A stretch of 64,000 bases of DNA from contig CBDCSU010000005.1 in NCBI GenBank assembly GCA_965221775.1, positions 1,408,001 through 1,472,000 of the forward strand, given 5' to 3'. The notes under the pieces are model-generated. The model ran no database searches and was not told the DNA's origin. It saw only the letters and a list, made by a program, of their open reading frames with translations. Origin of the DNA: Candidatus Latescibacterota bacterium (GTDB lineage Bacteria; Latescibacterota; UBA2968; UBA8231). Position numbers and translations under genes: made by a program. Below are positions 35,981 to 45,799 of this stretch, in pieces. How positions within the stretch are numbered: the first letter of the stretch is position 1; the number at the start of each line of letters is the position of its first letter.

Positions 35981-36817
35981 CTAACCGGCGTTCAGTGTCA
36001 GCTTCAGTCCCACTCGGCCGGGAGCGGCCACTGGCTGCAGCCGCCCCCGCGCGAAGCCCTCGCCCACCACCTTGCCGATGGTCCAGCCCATCAGACCGCC
36101 GGCGACCACGTCGGACAGCCAGTGCACGCCGCCCCGGTCACCGAGGGTGGCCGCCGCCATGACATAGGCGGCCCAGCCGTAGCCGAAATACCTGACCCGC
36201 CTCGAATCGCTGTAGTAGCTGCCCAGGGACGCGGCCAGCGCCATGTTGGTCATCGTGTGTCCGGAGGGCCAGCCGTGGTAGACCCCGCCCCGCAGGAACC
36301 CGAAGCGGAACCGCCGGCTGCGCCTGCCCACCTCGGCCGGCGTCTCGGCATCGGGCGGGAGGCGTCCGGTGACGGCCTTGAGCAGGTTGGTTGCGGCGAA
36401 GCTGACGAGGACCGCCTGGGCCGCGGCCAGCCCGCCGTCGCGGGTTCGGGCGGCGTCGGAGCGCATCATCCAGAGCGGCACGGCCACGGGCGCGAGGAAG
36501 CCGCCGATGAGGGCGGGAGCACTGGCGGCGATGGAGAAGCTCTCGCTATGCCCCTCCGCCCAGGTCTGGACATCGGCGTCGACGCCGGACTCGATCAGCA
36601 GCCAGGTGGCCCCGACGGCGCCGACGTGGGCGAGGCTGTTCTGGCCGGTGTAGATCCGGGTTACGTGCTCGGAGAGATGCCAGCTCCAAGTGCGTTGGGG
36701 GGCGGAGGGTGAGGGGTCGGCGGGGGTGGCGGCGGCAGTGGGGGTGGCGGCCGCGGTATGGGTGGTTGCGGCGGTGAGGGCCAGGAGGAGGGCGGGGAGG
36801 TTTGCCAGGAGAGGCAT
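35981..36817 (-). CDS. PAP2-family phosphatase
   Basis: KAVTGRLPP, WPSGHT, HWLSDVVAG; Ala/Thr/Pro-rich linker after the signal peptide. Confidence 0.88.
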   Translation of the reverse strand: MPLLANLPALLLALTAATTHTAAATPTAAATPADPSPSAPQRTWSWHLSEHVTRIYTGQNSLAHVGAVGATWLLIESGVDADVQTWAEGHSESFSIAASAPALIGGFLAPVAVPLWMMRSDAARTRDGGLAAAQAVLVSFAATNLLKAVTGRLPPDAETPAEVGRRSRRFRFGFLRGGVYHGWPSGHTMTNMALAASLGSYYSDSRRVRYFGYGWAAYVMAAATLGDRGGVHWLSDVVAGGLMGWTIGKVVGEGFARGRLQPVAAPGRVGLKLTLNAG

Positions 36818-37028
36818 GCGGCCTTGATCCCGGGGCGCGTGACCGGGGATGGCACGTTCACGGCCAACAGGAGCCGGCCTCGGTGGCCGCGCAGCTTCGG
36901 GTGCAGGTCCTTCCCGCCGCCGGCCCCGGCGCTGCGAGGCGACCGACGCCGGTGAGTTGTGGTCGCCCGATTCCCAATCGAATGAGGCCGGACGCCGGCC
37001 GATCAACGGCAGCACACCGCTCGGGACA

Positions 37029-38249
37029 TCAGAGTCCAAGCCTTTCCTTGAGCCTCTCCGTCAGGTCGTCGTCCAGACTCCCGATCTCCATATCGGAGAG
37101 ATCTCTACCATCGAGTCGTCTTGCGCCCGGCGCATCGCCTCCTACGGGCTTCGCCGCAACTCCAGCTTGTCTCAGAAGCTCGTGGATCTTGTCCGCACGG
37201 ATTCCGAAGTCGAGAGCCGCTTGGTTTACTCGAGTTGGAGCTCCGCCGAATGTAAGAGCCAATGCTTCGATACCAGAGTTGTTTATCGCGACCACCTCTC
37301 CCCCCGTGTTGAAGATCGGGCTTCCGCTCGTTCCTCCACTCAGGTTCAGGTTGTGCTGCACGATATAGGCTCCTCGAACACTGTAATTGCTCGCTTCGTC
37401 TGGCATCCTGATCGCACTAATTGTGCCATTCTTGAAAGTTGCAACAGGATGGAGATCACTCAGGTTGCTGACCTGCAGCTCGCCTGGATAACCGAGCGTG
37501 GCTATCGGGGTCCCTATCTTCAACCTTCCGGCCGCACTGGACGTGACGAGAGGCATCGTGTGGTAGGTAGATATGGTGCCCTCCAACGGCCTCAGTAGAG
37601 CCACATCTGGAGAGAATACATCCTCGGCATCCCAATCTTCGTGGTATTGCCATCGGCCTACCCAGTAGTAGTTGGACTTGTATCTCAGGCTACTCGTCAG
37701 GTTCTGGACCAAGAGCCAATGCACTTTGAGACTCATCTTCCACCTCTCGTTGAGGTCTGCGATCTCATCGTCCAAGTCGCGGAGGGCATCCAGGATGTGA
37801 CCGTTGGTTATCACCGCAGTATTGCCCACTGCAAACGCAGTGCCTACGAAGGTGAGCAAAGGTTCCACATCTTCATCGTCATGCCGGATGTAATGGATCA
37901 CCGTATACACCGACCTTTGATATCGGGAGACGATCTGGCTCCAGTTGTACACCAGATTCTCGAGGGCTTCAACGCGCCTGCGCAGGGCCTGGAATTCGGA
38001 ATTCGAGATGCCGGTCTGAGCGAGCTTGGCGCGAATCTCTGCCACCTCTGCGGAGTTATCGGCAGTGACCGGGATCTGGTCCAGCCGGGCCAGCAACTCT
38101 TGCTGCTGCTGTTCCTGATTCGCCTCAAGCTCATCGACCTTCGCCTCCAGCTTCTCGACTCGGTCAGTCAGCGGGTTCTCTCCGCACGCTGTCATGGTCA
38201 GGACCGCGACACCGATCCTCATCCAACTCATCCACGTCATCGTCTTCAT
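37029..38249 (-). CDS. Trypsin-like serine protease lipoprotein with N-terminal coiled coil
   Basis: TMTAC lipobox; triad motifs TNGH, PDVALL, GTSGSP; LGYPG; GGAGGAGGAG RBS. Confidence 0.88.
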   Translation of the reverse strand: MKTMTWMSWMRIGVAVLTMTACGENPLTDRVEKLEAKVDELEANQEQQQQELLARLDQIPVTADNSAEVAEIRAKLAQTGISNSEFQALRRRVEALENLVYNWSQIVSRYQRSVYTVIHYIRHDDEDVEPLLTFVGTAFAVGNTAVITNGHILDALRDLDDEIADLNERWKMSLKVHWLLVQNLTSSLRYKSNYYWVGRWQYHEDWDAEDVFSPDVALLRPLEGTISTYHTMPLVTSSAAGRLKIGTPIATLGYPGELQVSNLSDLHPVATFKNGTISAIRMPDEASNYSVRGAYIVQHNLNLSGGTSGSPIFNTGGEVVAINNSGIEALALTFGGAPTRVNQAALDFGIRADKIHELLRQAGVAAKPVGGDAPGARRLDGRDLSDMEIGSLDDDLTERLKERLGL

Positions 38250-38352
38250 TCTCCTCCTCCTTCAGTTATTGAATCTCGGCTTTGCGGGTCGATCCAGACT
38301 CAATCGAGGGATCAATGCCGGGAACGTGCGGGAAGTCAACGGGATCCAACCC

Positions 38353-39900
38353 CTACCCCCGCTCCACCTCGAAGGCCACGATGTTCCTGCTCTGGCGGCT
38401 GAACTCCACCGCCACCAGGTGGATCGGCTCGCCGCGGCCCCGGTACTTGTCCGCGTACCCCCGCTCCTTCAGTTGGGCCATGGCGGCGCCCTCCGTCGTC
38501 AGTTCCGCCACCTTGAACTCGAAGAGGTACACGTTGCCGTTGAACAGCACCACCATGTCGAGGCGGCCGTGGCTGGTGCTGTCCTCCACGGTGACATCGA
38601 GGCCGAGGCCGGCGAAGCAGGAGTAGAAGACGCTGGCGTAGTACCCCTCGTACCCGGCGATGTCGATTCCCGAGAGGAACGAACGGAAGAGGACCTCCAG
38701 ACCGGCGAAGTCGTTGACCATCAGCAGGTCGTAGAGCCGGGCGCTGTGCTCCTCCCCGCGGGTCGAGTCCCCGGCGAGCCCGTTCAGCAGGCTCTCGTTG
38801 AGGCTCTGCCGCACCTCCCGGTTCGGGTAGCCGAGCCGGTAGAAGGTCCTTCCGCCGCGGGGCTCGACGGCGTGAATGGTCAGGTACCCGGTCTGAAAGA
38901 GCAGCGCCTCCGTCGCCATGTCGTCGACGTCGAACCGGGAGAGCAGCGCGTCGCTGCCGAGCATGCCTTCGAGGGAAACGGAGCTCACTCCGCGCTCCAT
39001 CAGCGTCTCGACCAGGAAAGCCGGCGTTCCGGTCTCGAACCACCAGGCGCCGAAGCGGCGCTTGTCGAAGAGCAGCAGGATGTCGAAGGGGTTGTAGACC
39101 TTGTCGTCGCCGAGCCAGCCGTAACCGTTGTACCAGTCCCGGATCTCCTCGCGGTCGAGGCCGGCCAGCTCCGGGGCGAAGACCGCGTCCAGGTCTTCCT
39201 CGGTGTAGCCGCAGATGGCGGAATAGCGCGGGTCCAGGGTGATGTCGGAGAGGTTGTTGAGGCCGGAGAACAGGCTGACCTTGGAGAATTTGCTCACCCC
39301 CGTGATGAAGGTGAAGCGGATGTGGGCGTCGCAGTCCTTGACGACCGCGTAGAGGCCGCGCAGGAAATCGCGGTTGGCGCGGGCCGTCTCCGGTGTGTCC
39401 AGCGCATCCAGAATCGGCTTGTCGTACTCATCGACGAGCACCACGACACGCCGGCCCGTGCGCTGATGCAGCCACTCGATCAGGTGGCGGAGGCGGGCGG
39501 GCACGGAGTCGGGGCGAGTGGTGACCGCCGCGTCGTCCTCCATGGCCTTCAACCGGTCCGTCACTTCCGTGCGCAGGTCGCCCGGCCCCTGGAAGTGGCC
39601 GCTGCCGAAGCTCAGGTGCACCACCGGATGGCGGCTCGACCAGTCCCATCGGGGGTGGACGTGCAGCCCCTCGAAGAGCGGCTCGTTGCCCTCGAACAGC
39701 TCCTTGCAGGTGTCGAGGAACAGGCTCTTGCCGAAGCGCCGGGGCCGCGACAGGAAGTAGTGCTTGCCGCCCTCCGCGAGGCGGCGCAGGTAGTCGGTCT
39801 TGTCGACGTAATAGCAGCTCTCCTCGCGGATCTCGCGGAAGGTCTGAACGCCGATCGGCAGCCTGCGCCTGGGGCCCGTGCCGTTGCCCGGTGCGGTCAT
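38353..39900 (-). CDS. AAA-ATPase-like protein with C-terminal PD-(D/E)XK nuclease (DUF1703-type)
   Basis: LPIGVQTF, YVDKT, SRPRRFGKS, LVDEYDKP, YNPF, GRLDM...FEFK...QLKERGY. Confidence 0.92.
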   Translation of the reverse strand: MTAPGNGTGPRRRLPIGVQTFREIREESCYYVDKTDYLRRLAEGGKHYFLSRPRRFGKSLFLDTCKELFEGNEPLFEGLHVHPRWDWSSRHPVVHLSFGSGHFQGPGDLRTEVTDRLKAMEDDAAVTTRPDSVPARLRHLIEWLHQRTGRRVVVLVDEYDKPILDALDTPETARANRDFLRGLYAVVKDCDAHIRFTFITGVSKFSKVSLFSGLNNLSDITLDPRYSAICGYTEEDLDAVFAPELAGLDREEIRDWYNGYGWLGDDKVYNPFDILLLFDKRRFGAWWFETGTPAFLVETLMERGVSSVSLEGMLGSDALLSRFDVDDMATEALLFQTGYLTIHAVEPRGGRTFYRLGYPNREVRQSLNESLLNGLAGDSTRGEEHSARLYDLLMVNDFAGLEVLFRSFLSGIDIAGYEGYYASVFYSCFAGLGLDVTVEDSTSHGRLDMVVLFNGNVYLFEFKVAELTTEGAAMAQLKERGYADKYRGRGEPIHLVAVEFSRQSRNIVAFEVERG

Positions 39901-39961
39901 GATGTTAATTAGCGGGACCTGGCTCGCCCCTGACAAGCAGAGCCGCGAGGCCGCCACCGCC

Positions 39962-41941
39962 ATGAACCGCCGCATCCCCCCCGACTACCAGACCGCCCTC
40001 CAGGAGCGCGAACCCGCCCGCGCCACCGCCGGCCCGGAGTCGGCCGTCACCCTGCGGGGGATCGCCGTGGGCTGCCTCCTGTGCGTGGTCATCGGCGTCG
40101 GCGCCCCGTACACGACCATGCTCCTGCGGGGCACCCCCATGGGGTTCTCGTCGTCGACGCCGGCGGCCTTCTTCCTGCTCTTCGTGCTCATCCTCGGGCA
40201 CGTGCTGCTCCGCTGCTGCCGGCCCACCTGGGGATTCACGCGGGGCGAGTTGATCACCGCCATGGTGATGATGATGGTGGCGGCGGCGATCCCCACGCGC
40301 GGGGTGACCGGGATGCTCCTGCCCCTGGTCACGGGGATCTACTACTACGCCTCCCCGGAGAACGAGTGGGCGGAGCGGCTCCATCCGCACCTGGCGGAGT
40401 GGACGATGGTGGGCGATCCGGAGGCGGTGCGCGGGCTCTACGAGGGCGGCATGGCGATCCCCTGGGGCGCCTGGATGCCGGTGCTGCTGGGGTGGCTGGC
40501 GTTCTACGCCGCCTTCTACCTGACCCTGGTCTGCGTCCTGGCCATCCTGCGGCGCCAGTGGGTGGAGCACGAGCGCCTGCCCTTCCCCATGGCCCAGGTG
40601 CCGCTGGCCCTGTTCCTCCAGGAGCAGGGCGCCGTCCTGCCGGACATCTTCCGGCGGGCCAGCCTGTGGGTGGGCTTCGCCGTGCCCGCCGTCGTCGGCG
40701 GCCTGCAGGGCCTGCAGCACTACTTCCCCGAGGTGCCGGCGCCGACCCTGGTGACCCGTCTCGACCTGTTTCCGGGGGTGCCGGTGCGGGTGGGGCTGAA
40801 CTTCCTGACCCTCGGCTTCGCCTGGTTCATCAACACCAGCATCGCCTTCAGCCTCTGGTTCTTCTACCTGCTCATCGCCGTGGAGCAGAGGATCCTCCAC
40901 GTCATGGGCGTCGACACCACCCACCTCGGCCTGGGCTACTGGACGGAACCGATCATCGGACACCAGGGGATGGGGGCCCTGATCGTGCTCATCGGCGCCG
41001 GGCTCTGGTACGCCCGCGGCCACCTGCGGCGGGTGTGGCGCAAGGCCGCCCTTGGGGATGCCTCGATCGACGACAGCGGCGAGATCCTCCCCTTCCGCTG
41101 GGCCGTCATCGGCGGCGCCGCGGGCCTGGGGGGCATGACCGTGTGGCTGTGGCAGGCGGGGATGCCGGGATGGGCGGCGCCGGTCATCGTGCTGGGGGCC
41201 CTGGTGATCTTCACCGGGGTGACGCGGGCCGTGGCGGAGGGGGGCATCCCCACGATCTCGCCGGCCATGGTGCCGGCCGGTTTCGTGATCACCACCGTGG
41301 GCGCGCCGGCCCTCGGCCCCGCCGGCCTGCTGGCGGCCGGGCACAGCCTGATCTGGAGCGGCGAGCTGCTGGTCTTCATGATGGCGCCCCTGGCCAACGG
41401 CCTGCGCCTTGGCAGCGAGACCTCCGGCAACCGGCGGCGACTGCTGGCGGCCATCGCCCTGGCCATGGGGATCACCCTCACCGTGTCGATCTGGTTCACG
41501 CTGCGGCTGGCCTACGACCACGGCGGCGTCAACCTCGACCGCCAGTACTTCGGCTCCTTCGCCCGCTACCCGGCGGAGCAGACCATCTTCCAGCTGCAGA
41601 ACCCCGCCGGTCCGAGCCTCACCGGCTTCCTGTGGATGCTCGGCGGCGGGCTGGTGATGGCGGGGCTCATGGTGGCCCGCCAGCACGTCGCCGGCTGGCC
41701 CCTGCACCCCCTCGGGTTCGCCGTGGCCCCGGGCTGGACCATGGCGGTGCTGTGGTCCTCCATCTGCGCCGCGTGGGTGATCAAGCGGACCGTGCTGCGC
41801 TTCGGCGGGGCCGGGACCTACGAACGCACCAAGCCGTTCTTCGTGGGGCTGATCCTGGGACAGCTGGTGATCGCCGGCTTCTGGCTGATCGTGGACACCT
41901 TCACCGGCACGGTGGGCAACGTCATCCCCGTGCTTTACTGA
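39962..41941 (+). CDS. Multi-pass membrane protein, DUF6785/DUF6784 type (putative transporter), copy 1
   Basis: About 16 TM segments; RRQWVEHERLPFPMAQVP, WPLHPLGF, KPFFVGLILG. Confidence 0.8.
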   Translation: MNRRIPPDYQTALQEREPARATAGPESAVTLRGIAVGCLLCVVIGVGAPYTTMLLRGTPMGFSSSTPAAFFLLFVLILGHVLLRCCRPTWGFTRGELITAMVMMMVAAAIPTRGVTGMLLPLVTGIYYYASPENEWAERLHPHLAEWTMVGDPEAVRGLYEGGMAIPWGAWMPVLLGWLAFYAAFYLTLVCVLAILRRQWVEHERLPFPMAQVPLALFLQEQGAVLPDIFRRASLWVGFAVPAVVGGLQGLQHYFPEVPAPTLVTRLDLFPGVPVRVGLNFLTLGFAWFINTSIAFSLWFFYLLIAVEQRILHVMGVDTTHLGLGYWTEPIIGHQGMGALIVLIGAGLWYARGHLRRVWRKAALGDASIDDSGEILPFRWAVIGGAAGLGGMTVWLWQAGMPGWAAPVIVLGALVIFTGVTRAVAEGGIPTISPAMVPAGFVITTVGAPALGPAGLLAAGHSLIWSGELLVFMMAPLANGLRLGSETSGNRRRLLAAIALAMGITLTVSIWFTLRLAYDHGGVNLDRQYFGSFARYPAEQTIFQLQNPAGPSLTGFLWMLGGGLVMAGLMVARQHVAGWPLHPLGFAVAPGWTMAVLWSSICAAWVIKRTVLRFGGAGTYERTKPFFVGLILGQLVIAGFWLIVDTFTGTVGNVIPVLY

Positions 41942-41946
41942 ATCAG

Positions 41947-43893
41947 ATGAACCACGAGCGACACCTCACCCGCGCTCCCACCGGCCCCGAGTCCGCCGTC
42001 ACCCTGCGGGGGATCGCCGTCGGCTGCCTCCTGTGCGCGGTCATCGGCGTCGGGGCCCCGTACACGACCATGCTCCTGCGGGGGACGCCCATGGGGATGT
42101 CCTCGAGCACGCCGGCGGCCTTCTTCCTGCTCTTCCTGGTCATGGTCGCCCACGTCCTGCTCCGGTGCTGCCACCGCTCCTGGGGGTTCACCCGTGGGGA
42201 GCTGATCACGGCCACGGTGATGATGATGGTGGCGGCGGCGATCCCCACGCGCGGGGTGACGGGCATGATCCTGCCCATGATCACGGGGATCTACTACTAC
42301 GCCTCCCCCGAGAACCGGTGGGCCGAGCAGCTCCATCCGTACCTGGCGGAGTGGACGCTCATGGGCGATCCCGAGGCGGTGCAGGGGCTCTACGAGGGCG
42401 GGATGGCGGTCCCCTGGGCGAGCTGGATCCCGCCGTTGCTCGGGTGGCTGGTGTTCTACGCCGCCTTCTACCTGACCCTGGTCTGCGTCATGGCCGTCCT
42501 GCGGCGCCAGTGGGTGGAGCACGAGCGCCTGCCCTTCCCCATGGCCCAGGTGCCGCTGGCCCTGTTCCGGCAGGAGCGCGGCGCCATCCTGCCCGATGTC
42601 TTCCGGCGGCTGAGCCTGTGGGTCGGCTTCGCCGTGCCCATGGCCGTCGGCGGCCTGCAGGGCCTGCAGCACTACCTGCCCGAGGTTCCCGTGCCCCGCC
42701 TGGCGACCAGCGTCGACCTGCTTCCGGGGGTGCCGGTGCGGATCGGGGTGAACTTCCTGATGCTGGGCTTCGCGTACTTCATCAACACCAGCATCGCCTT
42801 CAGCCTCTGGTTCTTCTACCTGCTCACCGCGGTGCAGAGGAAGGTGCTGCACATGGTGGGCATCGACACGACCCATCTCGGCCAGGGCTACTGGACGGAG
42901 CCGGTCCTCGGACACCAGTCGATGGGGGCCCTGATCGTGTTCATCGGCGCCGGGCTCTGGTACGCCCGCGGCCACCTGCGGGCGGTGTGGCGCAAAGCGG
43001 TCCGGGGGGATGCCTCGATCGACGACGGCGGCGAGATCCTCCCCTTCCGCTGGGCCGTCATCGGCGGCGCCGCCGGCCTGGGGGGCATGACCGTGTGGCT
43101 GTGGCGGGCGGGGATGCCGGGGTGGGCGGCGCCGATCCTGGTGCTGTCGGCCCTGGTGATCTTCACCGGGCTGACCCGGGCCGTGGCCGAAGGGGGCATC
43201 CCCACGATCTCGCCGGGTATGGTGCCGGCCGGCTTCGTGGTCGCCACCGTGGGGGGGCCGGCCCTCGGTCCCGCCGGCCTGCTGGCGACCGGCCACAGCC
43301 TGGTGTGGTGCGGGGAGCTGCTGGTCTTCATGATGGCGCCCCTTGCCAACGGTCTGCGCCTGGGTAGCGAAACCTCCGGCAACCAACGGCGGCTGCTGGC
43401 CGCCATCGCCCTGGCCATGCTGGTCACCCTCGCCGTGTCGATCTGGTTCACCCTGAGGCTGGCCTACGACCACGGCGGCCTGAACCTGCACGGCCAGTTC
43501 TTCGGCTCCTTCCCCCGCTACCCCGGGGAGCAGGCCATGTACCAGCTCGACAACCCCGCGGGACCGAGCCTCACCGGCCTCGCGTGGATGCTCGGCGGGG
43601 CCGCGGTCATGGCCGGCCTTATGGTCGCCCGCCATCACTTCGCCGGCTGGCCCCTGCACCCCCTCGGGTTCGCCGTCGCCCCGGGCTGGACCATGGGGGT
43701 GCTGTGGTCCTCCATCTTCCTCGCCTGGGTGATCAAGCGCGCCGTGCTGCGGTTCTGCGGGGCCCGGACCTACGAGCGCACCAAGCCGTTCTTCGTGGGG
43801 CTGATCCTGGGGCAGCTGGTGATCGCCGGCCTGTGGCTGATCGTGGACGGCTTCACCGGCACGGTGGGCAACGTCATCCCCGTGTTCTACTGA
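41947..43893 (+). CDS. Multi-pass membrane protein, DUF6785/DUF6784 type, copy 2
   Basis: Start MNHERH at 41947; colinear paralog of the preceding gene. Confidence 0.8.
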   Translation: MNHERHLTRAPTGPESAVTLRGIAVGCLLCAVIGVGAPYTTMLLRGTPMGMSSSTPAAFFLLFLVMVAHVLLRCCHRSWGFTRGELITATVMMMVAAAIPTRGVTGMILPMITGIYYYASPENRWAEQLHPYLAEWTLMGDPEAVQGLYEGGMAVPWASWIPPLLGWLVFYAAFYLTLVCVMAVLRRQWVEHERLPFPMAQVPLALFRQERGAILPDVFRRLSLWVGFAVPMAVGGLQGLQHYLPEVPVPRLATSVDLLPGVPVRIGVNFLMLGFAYFINTSIAFSLWFFYLLTAVQRKVLHMVGIDTTHLGQGYWTEPVLGHQSMGALIVFIGAGLWYARGHLRAVWRKAVRGDASIDDGGEILPFRWAVIGGAAGLGGMTVWLWRAGMPGWAAPILVLSALVIFTGLTRAVAEGGIPTISPGMVPAGFVVATVGGPALGPAGLLATGHSLVWCGELLVFMMAPLANGLRLGSETSGNQRRLLAAIALAMLVTLAVSIWFTLRLAYDHGGLNLHGQFFGSFPRYPGEQAMYQLDNPAGPSLTGLAWMLGGAAVMAGLMVARHHFAGWPLHPLGFAVAPGWTMGVLWSSIFLAWVIKRAVLRFCGARTYERTKPFFVGLILGQLVIAGLWLIVDGFTGTVGNVIPVFY

Positions 43894-43908
43894 CCGGGGT
43901 GGGCCGGG

Positions 43909-45249
43909 TCAGGCGCGGATCACGGCGAGCACCTCGTCGCGCTTCTCCTCCATCCGCCGCGGGGTCAGCGCCTCGAGGTTGAGGCGCAGCAGGGGCTCGG
44001 TGTTGGAGGCGCGCACGTTGAAGTGCCAGTCGTCGTAGCTCACGGAGACGCCGTCGAGGCGCTCGATGCGGCCGTCGGCGTAGCGCCGGGCCAGCTCTTC
44101 GAGCATGGCGGCGGGATCGTCCACGCGCGAGTTGATCTCCCCCGAGAGGAAGTAGCGGGACTCCAGGGGCGAGAGCAGCTGCGACAGGGAGCGGCCGCTC
44201 TCCGACATCATCTGCATCAGGACCAGGGACGGCACGATGCCGGAGTCGGCGCCGTAGAAGTCGCGGAAGTAGTAGTGGCCGGACAGCTCGCCGGCGAAGA
44301 CGCCGCCCTCGCGCAGCAGCCGCGGCTTGAGGAAGGAGTGGCCCACGCGCTCCTGGCGGGCCTCGCCCCCGGCGGCCCGGATCTCGTCCCTCACGGCCCA
44401 CGAGCAGCGCACGTCGTAAACGATGGTGCCGCCGCCCTCGCGGCGCAGCAGCCAGGCGCCCATCAGCGCCGTGAGGAAGTCGCCGGGGACGAAGCGGCCG
44501 CGGTCGTCGATGGCGAAGAACCGGTCGCCGTCGCCGTCGAAGGCGAATCCCGCGTCGGCGCCCTCGGCCACCACCCGGCGCTGCAGCTCGGCGCGGTTCT
44601 CCTCCTGCATGGGGTCGAGACCATGGTTGGGCAGGGAGCCGTCGGGGTCGAGGTACATCCCCGTCAGTTCCACCGGCAGACGGCCGTAGATCCGCTCGAG
44701 GACGGGGCCCACCATGCCGTTGCCGGTGTCGGCGACGATCTTCAGCGGCCGCAGGCGGTCGACCTCCACCAGGGACAGGACCTTGTCGACGAAGCCCTCG
44801 CCCAGGTCGAGGCTCTCGACGCGGCCGGAGCCGGGCGCCCGGCGCCAGTCCTCGGCCTCGATGAGCCGCCGCAAGTCCTGGATCCCCTCGTCCCCCGACA
44901 GCAGGAAAGGCATCTCGCGCACCATCTTGAAGCCGCAGTAGTCGGGCGGGTTGTGGGAGGCGGTGACCATGATCCCCGGACGCCGGCGGGTGGCGCAGGC
45001 GTGGTAGTACTGGTCGGTGCTGACCATGCCGAGGTCGAGGATGTCGGCCCCCTGGCCGGTGAGCCCTTCGACGAGGGCGGCGCAGACGGCCGGGCTCGAC
45101 AGGCGCATGTCGCGGCCCACCACGACCTGCCGCGGCTGCAGCAGGGTGGCGAAGGCGCGGCCCACGGCCAGCGCCGTGGACTCGTCGAGCTGGGAGGGGT
45201 AGAGGCCGCGGATGTCGTAGGCCTTGAAGATGGAGGGATCGACGCGCAT
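43909..45249 (-). CDS. manB: Phosphomannomutase/phosphoglucomutase
   Basis: FKAYDIRG, TASHNP, FDGDGDR, GELSGH, VRASNTEP. Confidence 0.93.
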   Translation of the reverse strand: MRVDPSIFKAYDIRGLYPSQLDESTALAVGRAFATLLQPRQVVVGRDMRLSSPAVCAALVEGLTGQGADILDLGMVSTDQYYHACATRRRPGIMVTASHNPPDYCGFKMVREMPFLLSGDEGIQDLRRLIEAEDWRRAPGSGRVESLDLGEGFVDKVLSLVEVDRLRPLKIVADTGNGMVGPVLERIYGRLPVELTGMYLDPDGSLPNHGLDPMQEENRAELQRRVVAEGADAGFAFDGDGDRFFAIDDRGRFVPGDFLTALMGAWLLRREGGGTIVYDVRCSWAVRDEIRAAGGEARQERVGHSFLKPRLLREGGVFAGELSGHYYFRDFYGADSGIVPSLVLMQMMSESGRSLSQLLSPLESRYFLSGEINSRVDDPAAMLEELARRYADGRIERLDGVSVSYDDWHFNVRASNTEPLLRLNLEALTPRRMEEKRDEVLAVIRA

Positions 45250-45274
45250 GCCGTTAGTTTACCGCCGGGAGGGA

Positions 45275-45778
45275 ATGAGAGTGAAGAGACTCCTCGTCAT
45301 GCGTCACGCAAAGTCGGACTGGTCGCGCCCGGACCGGGCGGACTTCGACCGCCCCCTGAACAAGCGCGGCCGCAAGGACGTGCCCCGCGTCGCCGAGTTC
45401 CTGGAGGCCTGCGCCGAGCCGCCCGACCTGGTGCTGGCCTCGGCGGCGGTGCGCGCCCAGGAGACGGCGGTGCGCCTGGTGGAGGAGCTGGAGGAGGGCC
45501 CGCAGCTGGTCCTCGACGGCCGCCTGTACATGGCCGGCCCGGAGGCCCTCTCCGAGGTGCTGGCCGCCACCGCGGGAAAGGCCGGCACGGCCCTGGTCAT
45601 CGCCCACAACCCCGGCCTGGAGCAGTGGATCGCCCGGCTCACCGGGGCCCGGGTGCGCCTGCCCACGGCGGCCGTGGCCCGCGTCGACCTGGATGTGCCC
45701 CGCTGGGAGGGTCCGTTGGACGAGGGAGCGTTGCAGTGGCTGGTCACGCCCCGGCTGCTGCGGAGCCTCGGCTGGTGA
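45275..45778 (+). CDS. sixA: SixA-like histidine phosphatase
   Basis: MRHAKSDW, DFDRPLNKRG, RAQET, AHNPG. Confidence 0.88.
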   Translation: MRVKRLLVMRHAKSDWSRPDRADFDRPLNKRGRKDVPRVAEFLEACAEPPDLVLASAAVRAQETAVRLVEELEEGPQLVLDGRLYMAGPEALSEVLAATAGKAGTALVIAHNPGLEQWIARLTGARVRLPTAAVARVDLDVPRWEGPLDEGALQWLVTPRLLRSLGW

Positions 45779-45799
45779 GCCGGCCCGCCGGCGCCCGCA

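Noticed and set aside
36700-36790. Short G-rich repeats in the PAP2 gene
   Set aside because: They encode a low-complexity Ala/Thr/Pro linker and are not an independent element.
40081-41946. 1270-aa ORF spanning both membrane paralogs
   Set aside because: The first half is an off-frame shadow of copy 1; copy 2 starts at 41947.
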